A stretch of 56,307 nucleotides of DNA, counting the filler, from Sphacelaria rigidula (Eukaryota): the NCBI GenBank assembly GCA_964200075.2. It is 5 parts of 5 records of this genome, joined end to end, with 100 filler letters (N's around TTAATTAATTAA, not from the genome) between each part and the next. Parts side by side here need not be neighbours in the genome. Positions count along the whole stretch, not along the records: positions 11,284 to 22,466 come from CAXNAA020005276.1; positions 22,567 to 33,748 come from CAXNAA020005277.1; 3 more parts are not named here. One strand, given 5' to 3'. The translations under genes were made by a program, and so were the position numbers. Numbering within the stretch: the stretch's first letter is position 1; each line of letters opens with the position of its first letter. This document shows, one piece after another, positions 13,864 to 25,939 of the stretch. Under the pieces are notes generated by a model. That model did no database searches. It was not told the DNA's origin and saw only the letters and a program-made list of their open reading frames with translations.

Positions 13864-13899
13864 GCACCCCCAAAGCGAGTTCAAGACAAACGAGCGAGC

Positions 13900-16800
13900 T
13901 TGGCAACATACAAAAGCCAAGGCCGAATCGCATGCGCCAGATTAGAAACAAATACCATACTCCGATGCTGATTTACTCGTCAGCGCCCGAGTCAATCGCA
14001 TTTTACGCAGTTCCTTCGAAACAAATTCAGGCGCAGAAGAATGAATCTCGCGAAGAGACCCACCCCCACGTACGTTCTCTTCAGCACCGAACCCTTCCCA
14101 ATCGACCAAAACAATGACATCACAATTTGTCATCCTCAGCGACGTGCACCGAAGCATTCATGCGACATTCACCTTGAGCATACGAATGCTGAAATACGTC
14201 TTTCAGTTCCGCAGGGATATGCAACCGCGAGTCAGCATAGAAACGCAAACGAGCGACATGGGCCGAGTGCACGGCGCCAGAAACAATGTTCTGCACCGAT
14301 TACACATGAGCGCGATCGGCTCCGACCACTCGCCACGGACCTGTCTATGTCGACATCAACTTGGGCGTCACACCTTGCCTACGAACACGGGCATACAAAA
14401 CGAAATTTCCAACTGCAAACTTGGGCAACACAGCCCGGCCCTGAGCGAGCTTGCGTTTGGTTTCGCGAGACACCGCGACAGCAGCTTGCACTTCGTTACA
14501 AAACCGCACTTGCTCGTCAACCACGCCTCGGACCTTGTCACGCAACGTATCAGCGCCCATCCATGACATCGGCGTTCGACTCGCCGCCAGTGACAGAAGC
14601 CAGCGCGGAAAACGCTGTACGCGGCGCACGCCCAAACATCACACGATACGGAGTTTACGGTAGCGTTCACGAAAAGAAGTATTCAGCGCCCACTGAGCGT
14701 CTGGCAAAACCTCAACCCACTCAGAGACCGCCCGTCTTTGTTCTGACAAAACGGACCGCAACGCACGAACAACCTCTTTCACCATGCGTTCACAAGCACC
14801 ATTCGACCAAGGGGTATACGCAACAGCAAATCGGTGCTGTACCTTGAGGGTGTCGCTGCTGCGCGATTACTTGATTCTTGAAGTGCGTGGCGGTATCACC
14901 AACCCACACACGCCGCACCCCCGAAGTCTTGCACCGATGCAGCAAGTGCTCAGCCGTCACCTCAGCGGTGTAAGCCGCGGTCGGCTCCAACCAAAGGAAA
15001 TTGCACAAATCATCCATGATGACCGGAACGTATCGAAAACCATCCTCATCAGGCAAACCATTAGCACCTTCAGGTCCGCTACTTCCGACGTACAGAAAAT
15101 CAAAGTGAATAACTTCACCTGGCGCTTTTCCATGCACAACATCGCCAAACGGACGAGGTACGATTACACCAGCACGAGTGTCTACAGAATGCAAACACTT
15201 GCGAACGAACTCGCGAACGTAGGAATCCATGTGGGGCCACACACAGTATTCTTTCAAACGAAACAGAGTCGGCGCCACACCACGGTGACCAGCCGACCGC
15301 ACGTGAGCGCACAACATCAAGCGAGTTTGTAGAGCCCCATCATCCGACGGAATCCACAAACCACCACTGCTGCTAACACGCACGCGGAACACACCATCGT
15401 CAGCCAAGGCAGCTTGGCCGAAAGTCGGAGGAAAAGAATAACACCGTCGCCGACTGTTTTGCGCTGCGCGGTACAAATAACATCTAACGAGGGCAGGGAA
15501 TCATCGGCATCACATGGGCTGTACACGGCAACAGGACGAACAGGCACGGGAGGAACCTTCACCCAGCGAGACAACAAATCTCCCCAACAACTGCGCTCCC
15601 CAGGGATGTGTTCAATGGTATACCAATATTGACCGGGTACTCCTTCCCAATTTTCAAGCCGTTGTGTCATGGTCTTCGTCACCGATGTGACACACTCTTC
15701 GGGGTTAAAAATGTATTTCAGATTTCGATGATCGGTGAAAATGCGAACACCACCCCAAAGCAAGTACTCTAGCCTTCGAAATGTATGGAACACCGCGAAA
15801 CCTTCTTCGTCCACTGTTGCCCACCGCAACTGCGAACCCTTGAAGCTACCACTCAGAAAAGCCGACGGCTTGTGTGATATGTTTTCGAGCGCGATGCCAC
15901 TACTGAACTCGGCGACAGGCACTTGCGTTAACAAACTACTCCAGTGGAAATCCGAAGCATCTGGAAACATCAGAACAACGCACCCTGGACGAGGATGGTA
16001 CAGCAGCACCGCTTGTGCCACCGAATCTTGCGCAGCACGCCATGCCCGCACACGATCCTCCGCCCAAGCATCCTTCGGGGTGATACGATTACGCGCCACG
16101 CGCTTGGTTCGACGCGGAGCCCCTACCATAAGTTGTTCCAAAACCACAGGAAGCGGCGCAACTACTTCCGCCATGCGCGTGAGCGAAGTCCGCAACCGAT
16201 TCACAGCCTACAGAAACTGCATCAGCTCAATAGCGGTTTGAGGACGTCGCATATCGCTCAAACCTTGGATGCGGGTGGGATCATGCGAAGCAGTACCCTT
16301 GGAGTACACCTTACCACACGAAACCGCTTCGCGGGCGAAAAAAGTACATTTGTGCGCAGCGACGAACGTACCAACACTCTCCAAGCGGCCAAGATTTTCG
16401 TCAAGTCAAGCTAACACTGTTTCTTCGGTTTCAGCATAATAGAAAACGTGATCCGCCCACACTTTACAGTTTAGACTTCGCGATATGTCCGTCAGCACAT
16501 CTGGGAAATACGCCGTGGCGTTCAGCACGCCCTGTGGAACACGAGTAGGCGTAAACAAACCGTCAGGCGCGACGATCGTGAAGATCTCCTGAGCCCCCGG
16601 CGCCAGAGGCATCTGCTAATATCCCTAGAGCAGGTCCAAGCTGCCGAAGCATTGGGCTCCCAGCAACTCCCGCATGTCTTCTTGGCTCGGCATCACCTTC
16701 GGAGACTGTTCCACTTGCGCGTTCACAGCCTGGTAGTCGCTGACCAAATGGAATGTGTCCCGCTTCGGCACCGCCATCGCCGGACTTGCCCATACAGCCT

Positions 16801-17575
16801 GACTGTTCTCAGCCGACAAACCAAACGCCACCAAAGCTGCGATGCATGAAGCAAGCCACCCGGTCTTCACCGGATCGTAACGGCGAGGCTTGGCCTTCAC
16901 AGCCGTCGCCTGGGACTCGAGCTGCACCCTCATTGGCTCCACACGCGCTGGCGGATCACCACGCAGCGAAGGACGACATGTATCCACGCGACAAGCCGAA
17001 ATTGCGCCATCGGTGCTCAGGCTCTTCTGCTCGTCCTGCTGCACGCTATCCCCTAGCGCACGTTCTCTTGCACCTCTCTCCTCCTCAGGGTCCATGAGCA
17101 TGTCGGGCTCCCCATCGACTGAGCGCTTTCCCGCTTCATCCGCATGAGCCTTCTCCTCATTGGCTCTCTGGAACGACCGTATGGATACGGTCACACGCCT
17201 CGCGGGCTTTTTCACGCCGGTTTGCACCGGCACAGCACGCGGGCGTAACTTATCCAATGCTAGCGGATACAAATCGATACCGAGCTCCTTCATCGTCGCT
17301 ATCCCAGAAAAAACCGCGTGGTCGCTGCCGGGCATGACGGCGAAAGCGATGGGCTGCAACTCCACAGCCCCCCATGGCGTACGCACGCTAACAGTAATCA
17401 GTACCGTTTGATGTGTAACCGTCACGGGAACACCCGTGGCGGTCTGTGCCGTGTGCGGTCCATTTTCGAACGGAAGCTGCACCTGAGCGCCGCCAAACTG
17501 CGAAGACATTTGTTCTACCAACCCCACGCCGATCGACGTGAGCGTGGACCCAGAATCCAGAATCACGCGGGCCAT
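13900..17575 (-). pseudogene. pol: Gypsy pol (protease-RT-RNase H-integrase), frameshifted
   Basis: ORF fragments 16625-17575, 16406-16612, 15317-16204, 14790-15476 and 14345-14635 carry consecutive pol motifs. Confidence 0.93.
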
Positions 17576-17578
17576 GAA

Positions 17579-19048
17579 CTAACCCACGGAACCAGGCAAG
17601 GAAAGATCTGCGCGTGAACACTCTGCGTTGCGATCGACAGGCACCACGCCTGCCGATGAACCCTGGCCGGTACCAAGAGCCACCTGACGCCAGGGCTGCG
17701 CTACAGTACTTGGCATCGATGATTGCAAATCGGCGGTTCGCCCAGACCACGTCGCCGAATATGCAGACGGCGCTGTTACAGCCGTCGCAGCAGTAGGAGA
17801 TGCACCAGACACGGATGCTGCCTGGCCGCGGGGTTGCGAGCTATTCGCTCCAGTACTCCCCGCCGAAGTATAGGCATTTCCCACGTACACCGCCCGCCCC
17901 GACACGGACGAACCAAAAGATCCAGAGTCACGCCCTGATGACTTAGTGGAAGAAGCAGCAGCGGAGGAATCACCATCCGCCGTCGAATGCTTGCTACCGC
18001 GGCCGCCACACCCGCGTCCATGGTTGACACGGCCGCGCCCACTGTGGCGACCGCCACGAGATCCTGATGAATCTCGCGCATTTCCTCGAGCAGCGCCTTG
18101 AACGCGAGGCTTGGGGCAATCCTTCATAGGGTGTATGTGTTCACCGTAGATGTGACATGCGCGAGTGAACGACGCTCGCGAAGACGGCTGCTGTTTCTGT
18201 TTCTGTTGTTATTTGTGGCGCGCACCACCTGCACTTGCCACAGAATCGCGCCGGCCATGGGCCTCAATGAACTTCCAGTGGTCGGCGGCATCAAATATCT
18301 TGTTGAAGACCACCGTCGGGTTCTTTTTCCATCCGTCTACATGCATTTGTACGCTTCTAACATACGCCTTAAATTCCGGAGGCGAAATCCCGCCCACCAA
18401 AACTGTGGAAACCGACTCGGCCGGCTCCTGTCCTCCGCACGGTACATGGCTTGCACCATGAGGGTCTTAGCGAAACCCTTTTCCATCGATGAGTTAACCA
18501 TCATCGCTCTATCCTTGACGGGTGTGCCACCGCTTTGCTACATCGTAAGTACCCTACGCAGGTCGGTTGCAGCCCGCGCAGTATTATATTTGCCGCCGGT
18601 TGTGGTGTACCCGGCATGCTGCTTCAGAGCATCAAGAAATTTCTCGGGGGTCATAGCACGAAGGTCCTTGTACATACCTTCAAAGCATCGATGAATGTAT
18701 GTAGGGATGAGCTGACCAATGCTGACCTAAGCATGCCGTACAACGTCTTGAGCATTTGTAAGGTACAACCTCTCTGTGTAGTCGAGATATGCGGCGTAAA
18801 ACACTCTTGATGCTTCCTCGGTCCATACCTCGCCATACTTTGGCGGGTTTAGCGGCTCATCTAACACCAGTAGCGTTGCCGCCGCTTGAGCCATGTCGTC
18901 TAGGATTTAAACACTTCACGGAGAGACTCTTGCCTGACTTGTACGTCCTCCAGCCCACGGAGCGTCCTCCACCGCTGTGCGCTTGAGGTTGTTTCCTTCC
19001 GTTTGCGGGCCAAACCGCTTCCAGCTGCGGACCCTTCTCCTCAGCCAA
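17579..19048 (-). pseudogene. gag: Gypsy gag, fragmented
   Basis: Fragments 18857-19048, 18209-18400 and 17579-18127 lie between the 5' LTR and the protease; CX2(C>Y)X4HX4C knuckle near 18115-18160. Confidence 0.75.
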
Positions 19049-19085
19049 ACTCCTCCAACAGAGTGCCGAAAAGAGTACCTAGATA

Positions 19086-19340
19086 TTTCAGCCTCTGCCA
19101 GAGGATCTAGACAAGAGAACTTTCAACGACGGACTACTCCAGTATCACTGCCCTCGTGCTCGACAAGTCCTTTCTTCTAACTTGTTAGTATCACGGAGTG
19201 ATCCTCAACAGATGACGAGCCAAACAGCAAGAGATCACACAGAAAAGGACCATCAATCCAGGATCCCCTTTCCCCTGCCCCTGCTCCAATTATGCATGCG
19301 TTTATACTGAAACCGTACGGCTTGGTATTATTTGGCTACA
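19086..19340 (-). repeat. 5' LTR
   Basis: Begins TGTAGCCAAA on the minus strand and matches 13605-13863 with scattered substitutions and small indels. Confidence 0.9.
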
Positions 19341-19826
19341 ACGTACAGGACTGGCTCCCCGGTATGCCATAGCCTACGAGCATACGTTGCAACCTGCTGT
19401 TTGTAGGGCAGACAGGAGACAGCGTCAAGCGTCAGCACGCGGGGGCGAGGGGGCCCATATCGGGAAATGATGGCACGATCCCCCTCAGGTCGCCAAAACC
19501 TCATTCTGGGGCAGTCGGAGGGGGGGGGACCTCGGGTACCCAATTTGAGGAGGGGGGTTCCCCCCTTATCGATGGATGATGGCGATAGTGGTTGCTGTAT
19601 TGCACCGGACGTGCATGTCGGCAGCGTTCGCCTGCGCAGGGTACACCGAAACGGTAGGTGATAGGGGTACGTCGAAGCAAGTGGAGGAAAACATGTCCGT
19701 AGAGGCAAGGAGTGGCGAACACGCGAGGCGGCGAATCGGGTAGTCTTTCCCGTATAACACCATTATTGGCAGAGATGGCTTTGGAATTTGTTGGCAATGA
19801 ACCGGCCCAACACACATGCTGTACAG

Positions 19827-20308
19827 TGTGACGGTTCAAGAGACAACCAACTAGACTACTGACCAGTCAGACCGGTCAGTAGATTAGTTGGTTGTCTCTT
19901 AAACCGTCACGAAAGTTAGTCGTGGGGTTCGATCCCCGTCGCTTTCACTCCGAGGAGGGCGACTCTCCTTCCCAGCGCTCTATCGACTGCCATCAGGACC
20001 TCTAATGTTGTCACTCTCACCGTACCCTAGAGTTACTCGTCTCCCCCACACATTTCCGGAGTGTGTGCACTGGGGTCCTTAGCAGTACACTGCAAACATA
20101 GCCAGCAGGCTATACCCCACCCTTTTTTTCTTTCGGCCATTTTTTTACTGAGGTTTTCTCTCCTCTTTTTTCTTCAGAGAAAGTGCGTCCGACGGGAATC
20201 GAACCAGCGACTAACTTTTGTGACGGCCCAAGAGACAACCAGCTAGACTATTGACAAGTCAGCGCTGACTGATCAGTAGTCTAATTGGTTGTCTCTTAAA
20301 CCGTCACA
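19827..20308. mobile_element. Foldback element with tRNA-derived inverted ends, each end itself a hairpin
   Basis: The unit TGTGACGG(TT)YAAGAGACAACCAAYTAGACTACTGA occurs four times in alternating orientation. The inner copies continue into AAAGTTAGTCG...GGTTCGAT(C/T)CCCGTCG (Pol III B-box) on opposite strands. Confidence 0.8.
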
Positions 20309-21269
20309 GCACACAGTACAGGCCAGCACTGTACTGTCCGTATTGCCTGTACTGCCTGTATGTTGAACACAACTAAACAGGTACCGCCTCACGTAGATTT
20401 CTTTTGGGAAATGCCACTACCTCAATGTTGGATATTCTTCTTGGCTACACCACGTCCACAACATTTCCCTTTGCAACCCCTCCTTATCCATGTTGTGTCG
20501 CAGTTCAGCAAGATGGCGATCACTGTTGTTGTAAACATCGGCAGCCGGAACTCACTCTGCCATCCTTGAACACGGGCACCAAGTAAAAGTTGCAGACTGC
20601 TGTTTCTCGGGCAGACGGGAGACAACATCAAGCGTCAAGCAGCTGCACGCTGGGCATCAAAACTCTCATTCAAGACTTCGATTTAGAGCATAATACTACG
20701 CGTCAGCAGCAACTGCTGTGTTTCGAGATGCCCCTTTGGAGCAAGATGCGTTTGACAAACTTTACCCTCTAAACTTGAAATCAATACCGTGGGGGTTCTA
20801 GACTAGAATGATGTAGCAAGAAAAAATGTGTCGCAAAAATCGAATCGCAAAAACCCGGAGAGTCGATTTTTTTTCCCGGAGCAGAAACCAATTTACTTCG
20901 GGAGATCGGAATGTGAGAGTAGCTCAGGATAATTGTTCCAATGTGTTAGGGATCACCCGGAGAAATTCGCAAATGGGGATGCCCTGACCCATACTCTTGT
21001 GCATCTAGAACCGTTAGGAGCCCCTGAACCAGACAAGGTTTTGATAAAAGAATAGATCGCTCTGCTTCGCATCACACTTCCAATTTTCCTATCCTTTCTC
21101 ACATTGAAATGGAATGGAAAAAGGACCGAAGAGATAGACGCCCTCAATGAAGAAAAGCAAGAATGGCATACAAGCAGAAGAAGGGACGGAAAGAAAGTAG
21201 GGGCCATAGATTGACGATGACAATTCTTTCGCGCATCGCACCACGCAAATTCCAGACATTATCGTTCTA

Positions 21270-22140
21270 GTCCGAGTGACGTCCTTCCACGTGCGCAAGG
21301 GTGCGCAGGAAGGCGAAGCTGAGACCGGAGTCGTCGCTCGTCAAGTTCCCGCTAGGTCTCTCAATCTATTCCTGGCCACTACTTGTAGATCTATCTTGAC
21401 GTACACGTACAACACGTGCCTCCCGGAATGCCAGTGGGCATCGAACGAGGCAAACGCGCTAGTGCCACCCCCAGTAGCACAATCGTACTTGAGCCATTTC
21501 CACTGCAAACGGAACTGCGTGACGTAGTGGGCGCCCACCCAGATGAGTTACACAACCGAGATCAAGGAGTACTCTACGCCTAGAGAGAGAATCTCGTACG
21601 CGCCGCGGGGGACGAAAACGACTGCGTCGACAGCATGCGCATGTAGTACTGCGCGTGTACATGTCGTGGTCTGTTCGCATTATGATGCTTCGTCGCTATT
21701 GGGGGTGGTGAGTGAAATAAAAAATGTGTTCGTTTTTAGACTGGCGGGTCTGCTCAAACGTAGTATGGAACTGGTTCAATGGTACAGGCAGATATACGCC
21801 GGCCGGAAATGAACTGCATTTCTAGTACATTTATTCACGCAAAAAGCAAACCCACCTATATAGCTGGATCCTTATTTCCACTGTGACCTTTTATCATGAC
21901 CGATCCCGCGTTGTTTGTCTCTAATTCGGGAGCCCACATTTTTTAATCAGCTGCCCATTACGGATGTTTTCAAACAAAGTGGGTTCGGGTTTCGAGCAAA
22001 ACCAGAGCCAAGGTTTTGAATTCGAGAGCGCCACCTCTACAAACCCTCTCAGCGGGCAGGTGAACAGCACGCACATAGTTCACATGAACACAGCTACACG
22101 CATAGAAGGTCAGGAGGTTTCGAGGTTACAAAGTGAGCCA
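21270..22140 (-). pseudogene. Possible decayed USP/C19-like cysteine peptidase exons
   Basis: Minus-strand fragments in order: VTSKPPDLLCV*L (~22090-22130), then after an AG acceptor GVEYSLISVV*LIWVGAHYVTQFRLQWKWLKYDC (~21480-21579), then SGLSFAFLRT (~21300-21330). They resemble the USP 'PxxLxxxL', His-box and 'WxxYDD' motifs. In-frame stops present. Confidence 0.35.
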
Positions 22141-22466
22141 CCGGTGCGACCGGCATACAGCAGAGACAAACACAAAGAGGACCGACGGATTATTGAAGTC
22201 CAGCTTGTTGAGCACGACAGAAAACACCCACTTTGATATTTCATCATCCGGTGGTGCCATGGATAAGATTTTTTCTCTCGAGATGATGGGCACAAAACAT
22301 ACTGTACGATGTAGACTTAACGGTAAAACGGTAGTACAGTGAAGTGCCAGGGTGTTGCAGCAGGCAAGAGTATTCACAATACAGGCCGTGGATTTTGCGA
22401 ACAGTACGACATTACAAGTATAGGCTATGCTTCGCAAACACGACACAGCTGTAGCCTGTACTTGTT

Positions 22467-22566
22467 NNNNNNNNNNNNNNNNNNNNNNNNNNNNNNNNNN
22501 NNNNNNNNNNTTAATTAATTAANNNNNNNNNNNNNNNNNNNNNNNNNNNNNNNNNNNNNNNNNNNN
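22467..22566. other. Artificial contig linker
   Basis: N44-TTAATTAATTAA-N44. Confidence 0.98.
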
Positions 22567-23151
22567 CCCCCCCCCGCCCTCCGATCCTCTCGCCAAGGAA
22601 GCGGGGTCAATGGTCAAAGGAACAAACAATAAATGAGTACGCCCCCCCCCCCCCCCCTCCCCCCCTAATCGTAGCATGACCCCGAAACTTGCGAAAACGT
22701 CATTTTAGCGTCCACCGGGTCCACTGGCGCTCATCTACGCCTTCCGTGGCGATCCTTCATAATCTCGCGGGGCTGTAAAATGCCCGATCATGAAACACGA
22801 CTGATCTCGGGCGCCTCAGGGTTCAAAAGGTTGAATTGTAATCGTTAGGTCGGTTACGGGATTGACGCGGCCCCTTCATCCGCGTCTATTCCGTTGACAA
22901 GGGAGAAAGTTCATGCGTGATTAAATTGAATTGAGTACGGTCCCCCTTTAACCCACGAGCCCCCAAATAACACCCTCCCCTGAAAAGTTGTTCCACGGGA
23001 CCGTCAGTTAGCGATCTCATTCCCAGCGTGGGCGTCATGCCCAAGGGCTCAACCCCGAGACCGCCAGGGTAGGTAGTCCATCTGCATCATGCAAACGTGT
23101 TTCGAGCGAAATTGATGCCGACTCAGTGTTTGACCTACTTTTCGCCGTCGA

Positions 23152-23451
23152 CAGGTTGAGGAGGGTTGCGTAGAGTAGGTCGAGTAGAGTATGTACTACT
23201 CAGTACTCGAGCAAAATACTCAAGTATGTACTCTACTCGACGTTTGAGTAGGTCGAGTACGGCCTCGAATGCTATACTCAAATTTTGAGTACGTTGAGTA
23301 GGGCCTCAAATATTCTACTCAAATTTTGAGTAGGTTGAGTATGGTCTCAAATACTCTACTCAATTTTTGAGTAGATCGAGTATGACCTCAAATACTCTAC
23401 TCAAATATTGAGTAAGCACTCTCAAAAATATCTGAGTATATAGTACCCCTG
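23152..23451. mobile_element. Non-autonomous element with internal ~41-bp tandem repeats (copy 1)
   Basis: About five units of GAGTAG(G/A)TCGAGTA(C/T)GGCCTCAAATACTCTACTCAAATTTT. Ends CAGG...CCTG. Flanks GCCGTCGA and ACAGTCGA (6/8 match, possible 8-bp TSD). Confidence 0.7.
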
Positions 23452-23668
23452 ACAGTCGACGACTTCGTGGCGTCACTTCACAGACTATGTTGAATACAAG
23501 GACGAAGGATGGCCACCAATTAGATGGGCGGCGTTACATCATAGCCAACAAGGAGGATGAGCGAATGATGGCCATGAAAACATATTTTTAAAAACGTGCA
23601 GGTGAATGCACCTACCTGCACCAGCGCCCATCTCACCAGTAGGTTTAGAATGGAAACGCCCATTTTTT

Positions 23669-23974
23669 CAACGGTAGGTCAAGTAGCGTATGTACATTTC
23701 AGTACTCGAGGAAAATACTCAAGTATGTGCTCTACTCGACGTTTGAGTAGCTCGAGTGCGGCCTCAAATACTCTACTCGATTTTTGAGTACGTCGAGTAC
23801 GGCCTCAAATAATCTACTCAAAAATTGAGTAGATTGAGTACGGCCTCCAATACTCTAGTCAAATTTTGAGTAGATCGAGTGCGATCTCAAATACTCTACT
23901 CAAACTTTGAGTACTAAAAGTATGACTCTTCAAAAATACTGAGTATTGAGTGTACTCTACTCGACCTACCCTTG
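23669..23974. mobile_element. Same family (copy 2) with clear TIRs
   Basis: CAACGGTAGGTCAAGTAGCGTA ... TACTCTACTCGACCTACCCTTG inverted termini enclose about five 41-bp units. Confidence 0.8.
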
Positions 23975-24214
23975 CAATGTTAGCTGCGGTTACTGTCTGT
24001 ACAACTTCGATACCACCTGAAGTATACTGATGCACTGCTCAAATCACACACACAATTCCCTTCCACTTGCCGAGTACAGTGTGCTGTGCGTAACAAACAA
24101 ATGACCTCCAGTTCACGAGATGCCAACCCGCCCATGATATGAAAACATCCGACGTATTGACGTTTTACTGCCCACAATTTTTCGAGGATGAAAAGAACCA
24201 CGGTTCGGACGAAT

Positions 24215-24375
24215 CATTCCCGGTTCGAATTACCAAATCCCCGATTTTTCAGGCCTGATTGCTCAACAAAGAGAAAAAAGTTGACCGGTGGTCAAAAACG
24301 TCTCTACGCAACTTTTGCGCCATTCCACGTGCCTGGGCTGCGCGTACCTGGGTTGCAACGCTGAAAACAAAGCCT
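24215..24375 (+). repeat. Interspersed repeat, second copy at ~34280-34430
   Basis: Shared GGTTYGAATYACCAAAT, CCTGATTGCTC, GGTCAAAA, ACGCAA, GTGCCTGGG.TGCGCGTAC.TGGG and AACGCTGAAAAC in the same order. Confidence 0.8.
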
Positions 24376-25939
24376 AAGGATTGATTCGTGCGGTACGAGT
24401 CAATCACACTAGAATCGAGTAATTTCCAGACGACTCATTGATTCGTCCGACCCGTAAAAAAACCCAAACCTACACGAAAACTGACGGTAGTCGCTATGCC
24501 GGTCGACATTCCTTTTCTCGTCCATCCTTTCATGGTATCGAACGTGCCCTAAAATTTCCACAGCAGAAGTTATTTCACGGTGTGTGACACTCAGACAACC
24601 TTTCGTTTTCCATCCCGCAAGCGAAGTTGAAGTTAATATGTTGAAGTTACTTGTGACCCAAAAGAAGACCCTGGGAAGAGGTTCAGGCTGAGACCTCCTA
24701 TTTTTCACACCCTTCTCTCCACCAAAACAGTCCCCGAACCTTTACTCTTGGCTCTTGATAAAGTTGAAAGGATGTGTCACCGAGACGGTGGCGCGCCCGT
24801 CCGCCGAGCCGCCCGCATGACCCGCGACATAATCCACTTGGTACATAAAACGGCCGCCGCTGTACTGGACTGTTTGTACCGTGCTCCGTACGTCTGCATG
24901 GACGGTCAATCCATTACTTGATATTCACATGCACCGATGCACCATCATCATACAGCAATGTGCTGCGGCTGTTCATTGTCTACACCATCTATTGCACGGA
25001 CGCATTGGCTGTGTTATACCGTTGTACTGCTGTACTGTGGGCGGCTGAAACTACGGTGTTTGGGACGCTAAGGCCGTTTCTTGAGGGGAACAAAACCAAA
25101 TTTTGGCTCGCATCTTTTCGGACCTTCTGCGTCGTTTTACGCCTCGAAAGGGAGCTAGGCGGGAGTTGGTACCTTGGAATACCTTGCTGTACCCGTTGAG
25201 ACGGCTCCAGCACACCTGTGCGTCTTTCGAGGGCAGGAATTGTTTCTCGGCCAAAGCTTGCATTTTCCTTCGAGAGCGGTCATTTTGGGACTTGAGGGCC
25301 CTCCGAAGGGGATTATCCTTTTTTCAAAATCCCCTTGTTGATAAACGATTACTGATAGGTCGCTGCGATACCACCCCCCGAACAAAATCCTCTGAACGTG
25401 CACAGAAATCCCCGTTTTGAGGAGATTTCAGCAAGTAAGTGCAAAACACTTCCTGAAATCTTCTTTCGAATCTTCTCTCGAAGGGGAACATACATGTCTC
25501 GTTGACACGGGCACATGCAAAGGCTTACATCACGAGCCAACACAATCAGAGCTGAACCTGAGGAACTTGTTGGCCCCGCAAACCAACAACACACTGCTCG
25601 AGCCGTAGCTGCTCATCAGCTGTGCACTTTGTGCGTGACCTTGCTCAAATCTGTTCAGAATTCATCGAGAAATGGTGATTTGTGTGAGACGCGCGCACAG
25701 CACACGCTTACAAAACGGTCAGCAACGACACTTTTTCGGTTGTTTTTGACACGCACGCGGCCACCATTCGTCCAACACAGAACGGATTTCCGTCAAACAA
25801 AGACTGCCCTGTGTAGATTCGCAAGGGCTAGCGGTGACTCTAATACACGTGAGTGGTGAATGTCTGTGCGTGATATTCAGGGCTGGGTATGTAGGTGTTA
25901 TGTTGTCTTGTTGCATCTCGTCTGCAGCATTTCACAGAC

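Larger units (their letters stand above)
13605..19340 (-). mobile_element. Ty3/Gypsy LTR retrotransposon, full length but decayed
   Basis: Direct ~255-bp LTRs. Minus-strand domain order is gag (degenerate zinc knuckle CHIYGEHIHPMKDC), protease (VILDSGS), RT (PTRVPQGVLNA, VWADHV), RNase H (FPDASDFHW, TDHRNL), integrase (GHRGV, IHFDFLYVG, GDTATHFKN). PR-RT-RH-INT order indicates Gypsy. Many stops and frameshifts. Confidence 0.96.

Noticed and set aside
14041-18694. Long plus-strand ORFs within the retrotransposon
   Set aside because: Antisense shadows of the GC-rich gag/pol with no motifs of their own.
19872-19948. Functional tRNA-Asp gene
   Set aside because: A and B boxes are present, but the acceptor and anticodon stems do not pair, and it sits in a repeat element.
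23170-23960. CRISPR-like array of ~41-bp palindromic units
   Set aside because: Units are contiguous with no unique spacers, lie inside TIR elements, no cas genes are present, and the context is eukaryotic.
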